A stretch of 20,000 nt of DNA, taken from the IMG/VR virus record IMGVR_UViG_3300042881_003198, positions 56,335 to 76,334 of that record, one strand, 5' to 3'. The notes under the pieces were generated by a model that was not told the DNA's origin, ran no database searches, and saw only the letters and a program-made list of their open reading frames with translations. Positions 7,679 through 15,706 of the stretch are shown piece after piece (the stretch's first letter is position 1; each line of letters starts with the position of its first letter). The stretch is from an uncultured virus (IMG/VR IMGVR_UViG_3300042881_003198). Taxonomy: Duplodnaviria > Heunggongvirae > Uroviricota > Caudoviricetes. Made by a program: the position numbers and the translations under genes.

Positions 7679-8626
7679 TCATATTGAAATTGTTGGAATG
7701 CATTTGATTGCATCTCCAGGCAAAAGATCAATTACCTTTTTCCATTCATAACCGTTTTCAGTATCCACTAAAAATTTATGATCTGCACTACATTTAACAA
7801 TTTCACCATCCTCCAATTCCATCTCAAACACTTCTTTATCATTAAAACAAAAAGTATCAGCAACATAAGAGTATCCAAACATAGTTCTTACTTTGTCTCC
7901 AACTTTAATAGATTCAATAGGAACAGAACCTTTTACTGTTTGTATCTTAGTTCCGGCAACTAAGCAACCACCTCCCATTTCTTTAGTAGGAACATATGCA
8001 CCAATAACATCATAAGTATGATTAGTAACTAACATAGGAATTTTTGCCTGACCCAATTTAAGAGTCAGCATACGGAATGCACCCTTAATTAGTTGAGATT
8101 TAGTCATATCCCGAACTTCTTTATCATTCAAAGCATCATTAATCTCTTTGCTGGTGGAGAGCATTCCTAGAGAATCTAGCACGAACATACAAGGATTACG
8201 TTCACCTTCTGGTTTCTTCATATAAAGGTCAACTGCCTTAAGTGCCTTTCCACGAAACTCTTCTACGGTTACGACATTGACAACCACCAAACGAGTTGTG
8301 TCAACTCCCCTACTTTCCAGAAGGGATTTTGTGATTGCTGCTTCAGTATCAAAATACAGACAATATCCAGTAGGATTATTATCAAGGAAATTTTTAACGA
8401 CGGCAAGAGAGAAGAAAGTCTTTCCCGTAGAACTCTCACCTGCGATTGCAGTAATCTTATTCCCAGATACACCACCAAATATACTGCCGGATACAAGAGC
8501 ATTAAAAATGTACGAACCCGTATCCACAAAAGTTTCAGTTTCATTAATCTCTGAAGCAAGTTGTGTGTATTCTCCACCAATTTCTTTTATAATTTGTTGT
8601 AAAAAACTTGATTTAGAATCAGTCAT
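7679..8626 (-). CDS. uvsX: UvsX recombinase, N-terminal fragment, ending in a 95-aa split-intein N part
   Basis: Likely start is ATG 8626. Walker A AGESSTGKT, FDTEAA, VLDSLGML, TNHTY, PTKEMGGG, then CLVAGTKI. Confidence 0.93.
   Translation of the reverse strand: MTDSKSSFLQQIIKEIGGEYTQLASEINETETFVDTGSYIFNALVSGSIFGGVSGNKITAIAGESSTGKTFFSLAVVKNFLDNNPTGYCLYFDTEAAITKSLLESRGVDTTRLVVVNVVTVEEFRGKALKAVDLYMKKPEGERNPCMFVLDSLGMLSTSKEINDALNDKEVRDMTKSQLIKGAFRMLTLKLGQAKIPMLVTNHTYDVIGAYVPTKEMGGGCLVAGTKIQTVKGSVPIESIKVGDKVRTMFGYSYVADTFCFNDKEVFEMELEDGEIVKCSADHKFLVDTENGYEWKKVIDLLPGDAIKCIPTISI
7682..7966 (-). other. Split intein N-fragment (IntN, 95 aa) of UvsX
   Basis: Block A CLVAGTKIQT, then IESIKVGDKV, block B VKCSADHKFL, and WKKVIDLLPGD before the stop. 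Confidence 0.93.
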
Positions 8627-8855
8627 AAACTTTTGCAACTCCTCTTTCAGTTTGTTTTTCTATCCACTTTCTATCTGCTTCCATTCTTTCTTGTTGAAGA
8701 ACTTCATAGTCCTCATCAGTTGGAATTGGAGGTAATTTTTCCCATCCAGAAATATAGGAGGAAAACCCTAAATTAGTGTTCCATCTCCATAGTGTTCCAT
8801 CATCACAAAGGATAATATCATTTCCTATTTGTTTTGGTGTTCTGTTTTCAATCAT
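8619..8855 (-). CDS. Hypothetical protein (78 aa)
   Basis: ORF track; overlaps both neighbours by 8 nt, as expected in an operon. Confidence 0.65.
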   Translation of the reverse strand: MIENRTPKQIGNDIILCDDGTLWRWNTNLGFSSYISGWEKLPPIPTDEDYEVLQQERMEADRKWIEKQTERGVAKVYD

Positions 8856-9003
8856 TTTTCAAGTTTAAAATATTATTAATGTTAGTACGAATTTTAGATG
8901 CTTTTTGTTCTACATCTTCAAGTTCTCTCATAAGAATTTTTAGAGTTTTGTTTTTCATAATCGTATTGATGTAATAATTGTTACTAACTATTGTTTCGTT
9001 CAT
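8848..9003 (-). CDS. Small hypothetical protein (51 aa, MNETIVSNNYY...)
   Basis: Manual translation. Lies right after a strong sigma70-type promoter, with AAGG upstream of the ATG. Confidence 0.55.
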   Translation of the reverse strand: MNETIVSNNYYINTIMKNKTLKILMRELEDVEQKASKIRTNINNILNLKND

Positions 9004-9030
9004 TGCCTTTACCGTCCTATCTACAAAAAG

Positions 9031-9059
9031 ATTATACTACAAAAATTAAGCGCCGTCAA
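9031..9059 (-). promoter_or_regulatory. Sigma70-type early promoter TTGACG-N17-TATAAT
   Basis: -35 at 9054-9059, -10 at 9031-9036, 17-nt spacer. Confidence 0.8.
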
Positions 9060-9838
9060 ATATTTTGAGGGACAGCGCGATATCCTTTATGAGATTTTAT
9101 TCCTCTTTTATGGTTAAGCATATTACATATGGTTGCCTTATCTAAATCATTTTCCCTACAAAATTCTGCTATATTTTTCCCACAGATTATTTCACCTTTT
9201 GGATTTATAATAGAAAAATCTTTACTTTTTTTCTCCACTATTTTATTTACAACTTCAATATCTCTTTTCTTTCCATACAAAAAATGTTTTTCACCTTTTT
9301 TACATTCACTTAATTTGTTTCGTGTTTCTTCCGATGCTTTTCTACCTGTATTTTTTTGACTTATTTTTCTTTTAGTTTCTTCAGAATGTGATTTTCCATA
9401 ATTAGGAGGTATTCTACCTTTTAATGATTCGCTCAATTTTTTCTTATGTTCTTCATTTCTATTTTTAGAATATTCACTCATTTTATTTTTAGTTTTCTCG
9501 GTCATAACATATGGTTTTTTACCTTTCTTTGATTCAGATATTCTAAATCTTGCACTTTCATAAAGATAAGAATTATAATATTTACCTTTTGATTTCATTA
9601 AAATATGCGAGTGAATCATTTTTATTGTTTTTCTATCTTTTAATCCGTATCTTTTAATACAAATCTTTTCTAATAATGCGTGAGCGATATAATGCTCTCT
9701 TGCCGTAAGTACTACAATTCTACTATTGTCCCCAAAGATACTTTTAGGAAAGGTATGATGCTTTTCTGTGTAACCTTCAGGCGGAGTTCTATTCTCTGCT
9801 TTCCTGATGAGACTACAATAAATCTTTAGATAGTTCAT
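9056..9838 (-). mobile_element. Free-standing MobE-like HNH homing endonuclease with NUMOD3 repeats
   Basis: MNYLKIYCSLIRKAENR...EKHHTFPKSIFG...LTAREHYIAHALL; repeats such as GKSHSEETKRKIS and RKASEETRNKLS; C-terminal HTH-like region. Confidence 0.88.
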
Positions 9839-9863
9839 TTCTACTCTATTAAACCCGCACTAT

Positions 9864-9871
9864 TATTTATA
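9864..9871 (-). promoter_or_regulatory. T4-type late promoter TATAAATA for the HNH gene
   Basis: Exact consensus 25 nt upstream of ATG 9838. Confidence 0.8.
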
Positions 9872-9885
9872 ATAGTTTATATTAG

Positions 9886-9907
9886 AAAAGGTGCCCGAAG
9901 AGCACCT
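9886..9907 (-). terminator. Intrinsic terminator with a UUCG-containing loop
   Basis: Minus strand reads AGGTGC-TCTTCGG-GCACCT-TTT. Confidence 0.7.
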
Positions 9908-9945
9908 AATCTTATCTGTAGAGTTTGCGGGTTCAACAGATATTA

Positions 9946-10080
9946 TTATTTATCCTCTTTTTTATTATCAAAATAATTCATTTTATAAGTCCAAAGTTTT
10001 TGATAAAGAGCAGAGTCTCCACCAAGTCGCATTGCACTAATAATAGTATCCAACTCTTTGTCATTAATTGGCAAGTCCAT
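9946..10080 (-). CDS. Small hypothetical protein (44 aa, MDLPINDKELDTIISAMRLGGDSALYQKLW...)
   Basis: Manual translation; its ATG overlaps the gp43 stop (TAATG). Confidence 0.7.
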   Translation of the reverse strand: MDLPINDKELDTIISAMRLGGDSALYQKLWTYKMNYFDNKKEDK

Positions 10081-12581
10081 TAGGTAAAAAATGAATCAAG
10101 GTTTACAGTTTTTTCTACTTCCCATCCAATTGAATCTAAAATAGATTGAAGGGGGTCTACAAAACTTTTCTCAAATTGTAGTTCATAATCAATATATTTG
10201 TCAAGGTTAAGTTCCTTTGGGAAATCTGAAATAAAGGAAATAACATTCTCCTGAATAATATTTGGTTTTTTAAGAAAAATATATTTAACCTTCTCACCGT
10301 TATTAATAAGTGAATATTTATTGGTTAGTTTTTTTTCCTTTATGTAATGATTAAACAGAAGGGCACCACGAATATGAATAGGAGTTTTGGATGCGTAAAT
10401 ATTTGATGGCGAATAATATTTACGAACATCGGATGCCGTTCTTGGGAAAGCAATTTCTTCTGGGGGAAGACTTTTAAACTTTTGACGACAATTATCAATA
10501 AAATCAATTACCTCATCTTCAGTTCCACTCATCATCAATTTCAGAGCATCCTTAATCATCTGACGACAAGGTGCAGGAGTTGAAGATTTAACTGCCTCAA
10601 TACCCATCATTTTAAGTTTAGGTTCAGTATATCTCACACCCTCACTATCCCAGACGTTCAGAATATAACGCTTTTTGGCAGTCCAGATTCCACGGTCGGC
10701 AATATTTTCCCGCTTCATCTGCATCTTCTGGTCATAGGCATTCACATACTCTGCCAGTTCTTGGTAGCAACCTTCAATATATTTTTCAAGTTCCACCTTA
10801 CAGATCTTATCAAGGAACGTGACAATGCCTTCAGTAGTTTTCTCTCTTCCCTTGTATACAGTTTCAACCAAAGGACCCATATGAAGATAAATGGAGTCAG
10901 TATCAGAAGCAATAACATAATCAACATCTTTTGTCTTAAGAATTTTATTCAGATAAGAATTCATCTTACTCTCAATCCAACGAATCGCAACTTGACCCGA
11001 AAGAGTAATTGCTTCTGCATTTGCTAGTTTGAAGTAACGGAAGTACTGATTACCGCAAGCACCATAGGCAGAGTTAAGAGAAATCTTTTTTGCCATTTGA
11101 ATATTATTACATCTGGCAATTTCCTTTTCTAATTCCTTTGTCTTTTTCTTCTCATATTGTTTTTTTGCCGCAATCATTTTCTCTTTGAAAATAACACGGT
11201 CATTATACATTTTCTCCATAAGTTCTGGAAGAAAACCACGAATATCCTTACGGTACATCGCACCATTAGGACATACTGCATAGTCCTTATACATTTCAAA
11301 GGTAAGTTCTTGATTCAAAATTTTATCCACGGTTACACTGGGATGCCTTTCTTCAACAAGGGTTTCGGGACTTACATTAAATTGCATAATCAAATGCGGA
11401 TAAAGGCTGTTTAAGTCAAAATTAACCACCCAATCATACTTTCCGGGAATTGGTTCCTTTACATATGCACCGGCATACTTGGAGTCCTTATCAGTCTTTT
11501 CTTTAGGAGGAATGGCAATATTTCTTTTCTTCAGGTAATTGTAGATAATCGTATCCCACATTCTTACCTGCGAAAATACATCCTCATAGTTGACTTTACC
11601 GTCATATGCCATCGTAAGAGCAAGTTCAATCAGTTTCATCTTGTCTTCCAAACGGTCAACAAGTTCTACGTCAATAATGTTATACTCTACGAATTTCTGC
11701 CAGCCTTTAGTATAGAAGTCCTTGAATGTATCAAACTCAGAGTGATCCAGTTTCTTCTGCCCCAGTTCTACTTCGGCAATATAATCCAGACGATAAGATT
11801 CCTGTGTCTTATAGGTAAACTTCTTATAGAGTTTAATATAGTCAAGTTGACTTATACCACCAATATCATAGGAGATATGTTTTCTTCCAGAAATGTAAAC
11901 TTCATCCTCGGTGACAAGACCCCAAGGAGACATACGCTTCATTAACTTTTCACCTAAAATCCTATCAAGACGGCGAACAAGATAAGGAATATCGTACAGT
12001 TCACTATTCCAACCAGTCACAACCTCTGGAGTATTATCCTCCATCATCCACCAGTGAATAAAGTCATTTAACAGACTATATTCATCAGAAAATGCTCGGT
12101 AAGAAACATTTGATTGGTTATTATTGAACTTACCTTGACCCCAAGTACGAATTTGCTTTGTATTATAATCTTGAAGAGTAATGAGTAATATCTCTTCGGC
12201 AGCATTTTCCACATCAGGAAATCCATTTTCTGATGCGACCTCAATATCAATCGTTGTTAGTTTGATTTTGTCAATATCAAACTTAATTTCATTTTCAGGA
12301 TATTTGTCGGAAATATACTGATAGATGTATTTGTCATTCCCATAGATTTTGAAGTTTTGTACATCAGTATATTTTTTAATAAACTCTCTACAATCTCTCA
12401 CAGAACCTGGTTGAATAGGTTCCACATATTCTCCCTGAAGTGTTGTATATTTGGTTGGTTTTTTAGAAGGCACAAAAAGAGTCGGAGAAAACTTCTCACG
12501 GGTCATAAAATGTTTACCATTTTCATAACCACGAACCAAGAAGTGGTCCCCAACCATTTGCACATTTGTGTAGAATTGCAT
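10080..12581 (-). CDS. gp43: Family B DNA polymerase (T4 gp43-like)
   Basis: Exonuclease motifs DIE, GWNSELYDIPY and YNIIDV; polymerase motifs DLNSLYP, KISLNSAYG, SDTDS and KKRY; C-terminal clamp-binding-like LDSFF. Confidence 0.98.
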   Translation of the reverse strand: MQFYTNVQMVGDHFLVRGYENGKHFMTREKFSPTLFVPSKKPTKYTTLQGEYVEPIQPGSVRDCREFIKKYTDVQNFKIYGNDKYIYQYISDKYPENEIKFDIDKIKLTTIDIEVASENGFPDVENAAEEILLITLQDYNTKQIRTWGQGKFNNNQSNVSYRAFSDEYSLLNDFIHWWMMEDNTPEVVTGWNSELYDIPYLVRRLDRILGEKLMKRMSPWGLVTEDEVYISGRKHISYDIGGISQLDYIKLYKKFTYKTQESYRLDYIAEVELGQKKLDHSEFDTFKDFYTKGWQKFVEYNIIDVELVDRLEDKMKLIELALTMAYDGKVNYEDVFSQVRMWDTIIYNYLKKRNIAIPPKEKTDKDSKYAGAYVKEPIPGKYDWVVNFDLNSLYPHLIMQFNVSPETLVEERHPSVTVDKILNQELTFEMYKDYAVCPNGAMYRKDIRGFLPELMEKMYNDRVIFKEKMIAAKKQYEKKKTKELEKEIARCNNIQMAKKISLNSAYGACGNQYFRYFKLANAEAITLSGQVAIRWIESKMNSYLNKILKTKDVDYVIASDTDSIYLHMGPLVETVYKGREKTTEGIVTFLDKICKVELEKYIEGCYQELAEYVNAYDQKMQMKRENIADRGIWTAKKRYILNVWDSEGVRYTEPKLKMMGIEAVKSSTPAPCRQMIKDALKLMMSGTEDEVIDFIDNCRQKFKSLPPEEIAFPRTASDVRKYYSPSNIYASKTPIHIRGALLFNHYIKEKKLTNKYSLINNGEKVKYIFLKKPNIIQENVISFISDFPKELNLDKYIDYELQFEKSFVDPLQSILDSIGWEVEKTVNLDSFFT

Positions 12582-12835
12582 TATGCAGTTAATTCAAGAT
12601 ACTTTTTAATAATTTCGGGAGTTGGGTCTACTATTGTAAGAATACTATCGGAATGAATCATTAACTCAGTTTGATTAGTAACCTCTGGCCAAGGTTTCAT
12701 ATCATCAACACTAAAAAATTCATATGGATTAATTAGTTTACAATCAGGTTCACCAAGTTCAGAACCAACTTCAATAATTTCAGTAATCAATACAGTGTCA
12801 ACCTTCAATAGAAGACACTTCACGTTCCGTTCCAT
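12581..12835 (-). CDS. Conserved T4-like cyanophage hypothetical protein (84 aa)
   Basis: ORF track; ELGEPDCKLINPY...WP...IHSDSILTIVDP; weakly similar to the upstream ORF. Confidence 0.75.
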   Translation of the reverse strand: MERNVKCLLLKVDTVLITEIIEVGSELGEPDCKLINPYEFFSVDDMKPWPEVTNQTELMIHSDSILTIVDPTPEIIKKYLELTA

Positions 12836-13133
12836 TTACCTTTTCCTCATACATTTCTTTAATAGACTTGACTGGTTCAACAATAGTTACAACCCAATCT
12901 GGACGAACTGGAATCTCATTATCACTTGAAAAAAGAATCCAAGAAGAAAATGTTACACTCACTGTACCATCTCCAGGTTCTAATTGTTCTTCTGTCAAAA
13001 AGATTGAATTACTGACCTGCATTTTATGCGGATTCGTAAATAAATATCCACATACTTTATCTTCGGAAATCAATTCCTTAATATCGGCAATTACAGATTC
13101 TCCAGATTTTAATAGAGCAATTTTTACGGACAT
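12798..13133 (-). CDS. Conserved T4-like cyanophage hypothetical protein
   Basis: Likely start is ATG 13133 (MSVKIALLKSGESVIADIKE), downstream of a promoter; ends with DWVVTIVEP. Confidence 0.8.
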   Translation of the reverse strand: MSVKIALLKSGESVIADIKELISEDKVCGYLFTNPHKMQVSNSIFLTEEQLEPGDGTVSVTFSSWILFSSDNEIPVRPDWVVTIVEPVKSIKEMYEEKVNGTEREVSSIEG

Positions 13134-13154
13134 TTTTAATTCTTCTCTCAACTT

Positions 13155-13183
13155 ATTATAGCACAAAAAAAGGGGAGGTGCAA
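13155..13183 (-). promoter_or_regulatory. Sigma70-type promoter TTGCAC-N17-TATAAT with extended -10 TG
   Basis: -35 at 13178-13183, -10 at 13155-13160; reads toward the polymerase operon. Confidence 0.7.
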
Positions 13184-13206
13184 CTGGATTTTGCCAGTTG
13201 CCTCCC
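13165..13206 (-). terminator. Intrinsic terminator
   Basis: GGGAGG-CAACTGG-CAAAAT-CCAGTTG-CA-CCTCCC followed by C and T7 on the minus strand. Confidence 0.8.
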
Positions 13207-13230
13207 TGCACCGACGATATTCAGTACTAT

Positions 13231-13410
13231 TTAGTCTCCACCAGAATCACCGGAAGACCCTCCAGAACCACTGTCAGTATTCAAAGCACAAACTTTCTTT
13301 TTTGGTGCCATTACATATTTTACTGTTCTTCCATAACAATTTTCTTTGGTCGGCAGGGGGGGATTTCCAAAATCTCCAACCTTTTCCATAAATTGCTGAA
13401 AAGTTTTCAT
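13231..13410 (-). CDS. Small late protein (59 aa, MKTFQQFMEK...)
   Basis: Likely start is ATG 13410, preceded by tandem TCTAAATA motifs; Gly/Ser-rich C terminus. Confidence 0.6.
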   Translation of the reverse strand: MKTFQQFMEKVGDFGNPPLPTKENCYGRTVKYVMAPKKKVCALNTDSGSGGSSGDSGGD

Positions 13411-13430
13411 CACCCAACTAACTTTTTCTT

Positions 13431-13446
13431 TATTTAGATATTTAGA
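13431..13446 (-). promoter_or_regulatory. Tandem late-promoter-like motifs TCTAAATA TCTAAATA
   Basis: Direct 8-bp duplication overlapping the hsp20 stop codon. Confidence 0.55.
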
Positions 13447-13876
13447 GGTAGTCTTTACGAGAATGATGTTCCGGAACAATTTTACCTAGTCGAATGGTAA
13501 GTAGTCCATCTTCAAAGGTGACTTCTCGGACTTCTGTGTCGTCTGATAAAGTCCACACTCTCTTGAAACTTCTGCTAGCCAGACCCTTGTGGATAAACGT
13601 CCTATCCGATTCTGTATCTGATTTTTGCCCCTCGACAAAAAGTTTTCCATACTCGGTGAAGACATTTACTTCCTCCTTTTTAAATCCGGCAAGAGCAATC
13701 TCTAAATGAGATTCTACATTATTTACCTGAATTAGATTGTATGGTGGATAGTTATTTGTAGTTTCGTGAAGATTGAATAGACGGTCAAAATATTCATCCA
13801 TTCCAATACTATTGCGAGTAATTCTTTCCATCAAAGCAGGAAGATCCGCAGCAGTATACCTTGTGAGGTTAGTCAT
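13442..13876 (-). CDS. hsp20: Small heat shock protein (Hsp20/IbpA-like)
   Basis: Start at ATG 13876 after SD AAGGAG; NYPPYNL, LEIALAGF, HKGLASRSF, FEDGLLTI. Confidence 0.95.
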   Translation of the reverse strand: MTNLTRYTAADLPALMERITRNSIGMDEYFDRLFNLHETTNNYPPYNLIQVNNVESHLEIALAGFKKEEVNVFTEYGKLFVEGQKSDTESDRTFIHKGLASRSFKRVWTLSDDTEVREVTFEDGLLTIRLGKIVPEHHSRKDYL

Positions 13877-13884
13877 TATGGTAG

Positions 13885-13931
13885 CTCCTTTAAAAGCGAG
13901 GTTTGATTGTGTGATCCCTATAAGGCGATCA
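13885..13931 (-). promoter_or_regulatory. Structured hsp20 5' UTR; candidate ROSE-like RNA thermometer
   Basis: Hairpin TGATC-GCCTTATAGG-GATCA, then CTCGCT-TTTAA-AGGAG in which UCGCU pairs with the SD leaving a bulged G. Confidence 0.55.
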
Positions 13932-13954
13932 TTAATAATTATAATAGAAAGCAT

Positions 13955-13979
13955 AAAAAAGCGGGTCGTGAAACCCGCT
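13955..13979 (-). terminator. Intrinsic terminator after regA
   Basis: AGCGGGT-TTCACG-ACCCGCT-TTTTT on the minus strand. Confidence 0.8.
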
Positions 13980-13984
13980 CTTTA

Positions 13985-14425
13985 TCATTCGGTATCCTCT
14001 ACCTTTTTCTTTTTAGCACCAATATTGTATTTGGTCTCCAAAATCCAATCTCCCTTGTCCTTATAGGCAAGGACTTTAATTTGGTTCAAAGGTGCAATAT
14101 CTTGAATCTTACTCACATCCACAATAGTAATCAGACCCCAATCTGCAAGAAGTTGAGCAATACGATTACGACGTTGAACATCATTTACGGTTAGATTAGC
14201 GTGTTTGCCATCCAGTGCGAAAAGTTCTTTAAAATGCACAAGGAAATAACGACCTTGTTTGTGAAGAATATGACAAGACTGATAGATTTTCTTTTCCTTT
14301 CTTGAAGCAACTCCGATGCGAGTCAAAGTCTCACGAACCTTTAAAAAATCATCAGGTTCATTAAGAATCACTTCCACCATTTGATCGGGCGTCCACTTTA
14401 CTTCAGGTTCTTGAACGACACTCAT
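13985..14425 (-). CDS. regA: RegA translational repressor
   Basis: DDFLKVRETLTRIGVAS...QSCHILHKQGRYFLVHFKELF. Confidence 0.96.
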   Translation of the reverse strand: MSVVQEPEVKWTPDQMVEVILNEPDDFLKVRETLTRIGVASRKEKKIYQSCHILHKQGRYFLVHFKELFALDGKHANLTVNDVQRRNRIAQLLADWGLITIVDVSKIQDIAPLNQIKVLAYKDKGDWILETKYNIGAKKKKVEDTE

Positions 14426-14808
14426 TTTGTTCCTCCAGTTTCAAATTTCGATTTTATAAAAGTAAGTTGTTCTTTTGTAAGAATCCTCAAAGCCTGTTTT
14501 GCCTTTTCATTACTATAACCATAGTAACGTTTAACATAATCAAGATCTTTGATTGTATCTTTACGGAGCCAGGGAGAATATCTCTTCTTTTTCCTCAGAC
14601 TATTTATAAAAAAGTCATATTGCATCTTTTTCGGGAGGAATGAATACATATTCATTTCATTAGCAAACATAATACAATCAATTTCCCCAGAAAGACACCG
14701 ATTGATAATATATGAATTGTATTCTTTCTCTAAAGATGGATCCTCATCAATTAGATTTTTCTTCGTTTGATTGATTGAATTTAACCAATCTTTAAGTTCA
14801 GTCATCAA
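14422..14808 (-). CDS. gp62: Clamp loader small subunit (gp62)
   Basis: LKDWLNSIN...YIINRCLS...FANEMN...QYDF...YYGYSNEKAKQAL; lies directly upstream of regA. Confidence 0.92.
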   Translation of the reverse strand: MMTELKDWLNSINQTKKNLIDEDPSLEKEYNSYIINRCLSGEIDCIMFANEMNMYSFLPKKMQYDFFINSLRKKKRYSPWLRKDTIKDLDYVKRYYGYSNEKAKQALRILTKEQLTFIKSKFETGGTK

Positions 14809-15706
14809 TCAAACCCTCTTTCTTCAATCTATCATAATTATAACATCCATCAAAACTAAATTGTATTTTAGGATCTTTGGTATAATTAAAAAGCAAGAGT
14901 TCTTTACGTTGTTTTTGCTCACGCATATATTCACCCACGGAACGCATCGTATAAGTCAAATCAAACTCAGCAGCATTCCATTTTCCACCTAAGAAACGAT
15001 CTTTGACAAGTTGATCGGTATTATAACTTACCAACATATCCATATTGTTGGAATTGCAATCAGCAGCAAACTTATCGTGATCAAATCTTTTGTGCATTGA
15101 TCCTTTATTCCCATAGAGATTATCCTTAATATCATAAGGAGGGTCGAGATACATAAAAGCACTCTTGTTTCCATCCATTAGATAATCATAGGAGTAATTA
15201 GTTATACGCCAATTAACAATTAACTTTGAATACTCAGGAAGTTTTTCAATACCTCTCAATGAGAAATTGCTATTTGATGCTTGTGGAGAAAAAGAAGAAC
15301 TTTCGGTAAGACCACTAAAAGAACATTTGTTAACAATATAGAAAGCGACAGCACGATTAAGGTTCGTTTCAGATTCATCATTGATTTGCTCCTTTGATTT
15401 TAAGAAAAGTTCTCTTGCCAATTCTGGTGTACAATGTGCTAACTTCAGTCCACTAAGTTCATTCTTCAAATCATCTCCAAACATCTGGAGTTGCTGCCAG
15501 AAGTTTACCAGAGGTTCATAAAGATCATTTGCCCAAATATCTATACTAGGATACTTCTTTGTAATATAAATCGCAACGCTTCCGCCTCCTAAGAAAGGTT
15601 CACGGAATTCATCATAGTTGCGAAGGTCTGGAAAGTATGGGTCCATTTTAGTGACCGCTCTACTCTTACCACCGGGGTAACGAAGACAGGTTTTAAGAGA
15701 TTTCAT
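14798..15706 (-). CDS. dam: Dam-like (D12 class) N6-adenine DNA methyltransferase
   Basis: Likely start is ATG 15706; LRYPGGKS, EPFLGGGSV, ND and YLDPPY motifs. Confidence 0.92.
   Translation of the reverse strand: MKSLKTCLRYPGGKSRAVTKMDPYFPDLRNYDEFREPFLGGGSVAIYITKKYPSIDIWANDLYEPLVNFWQQLQMFGDDLKNELSGLKLAHCTPELARELFLKSKEQINDESETNLNRAVAFYIVNKCSFSGLTESSSFSPQASNSNFSLRGIEKLPEYSKLIVNWRITNYSYDYLMDGNKSAFMYLDPPYDIKDNLYGNKGSMHKRFDHDKFAADCNSNNMDMLVSYNTDQLVKDRFLGGKWNAAEFDLTYTMRSVGEYMREQKQRKELLLFNYTKDPKIQFSFDGCYNYDRLKKEGLIDD

Noticed and set aside
10080..12581. Possible intein or intron in gp43; unusual Cys in SAYGACGN
   Set aside because: The ORF is continuous and of normal length with all motifs intact. 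A single substitution is not interpretable without an alignment.
13134..13211. Upstream extension of ORF 12798..13211 and the plus-strand ORFs at 13191-13437
   Set aside because: The extension runs through a terminator and promoter. The plus-strand ORFs lack an RBS and recognisable motifs.
13877..13954. 26-aa N-terminal extension of Hsp20 in the ORF track
   Set aside because: A strong SD precedes ATG 13876, and the extension corresponds to the structured 5' UTR.
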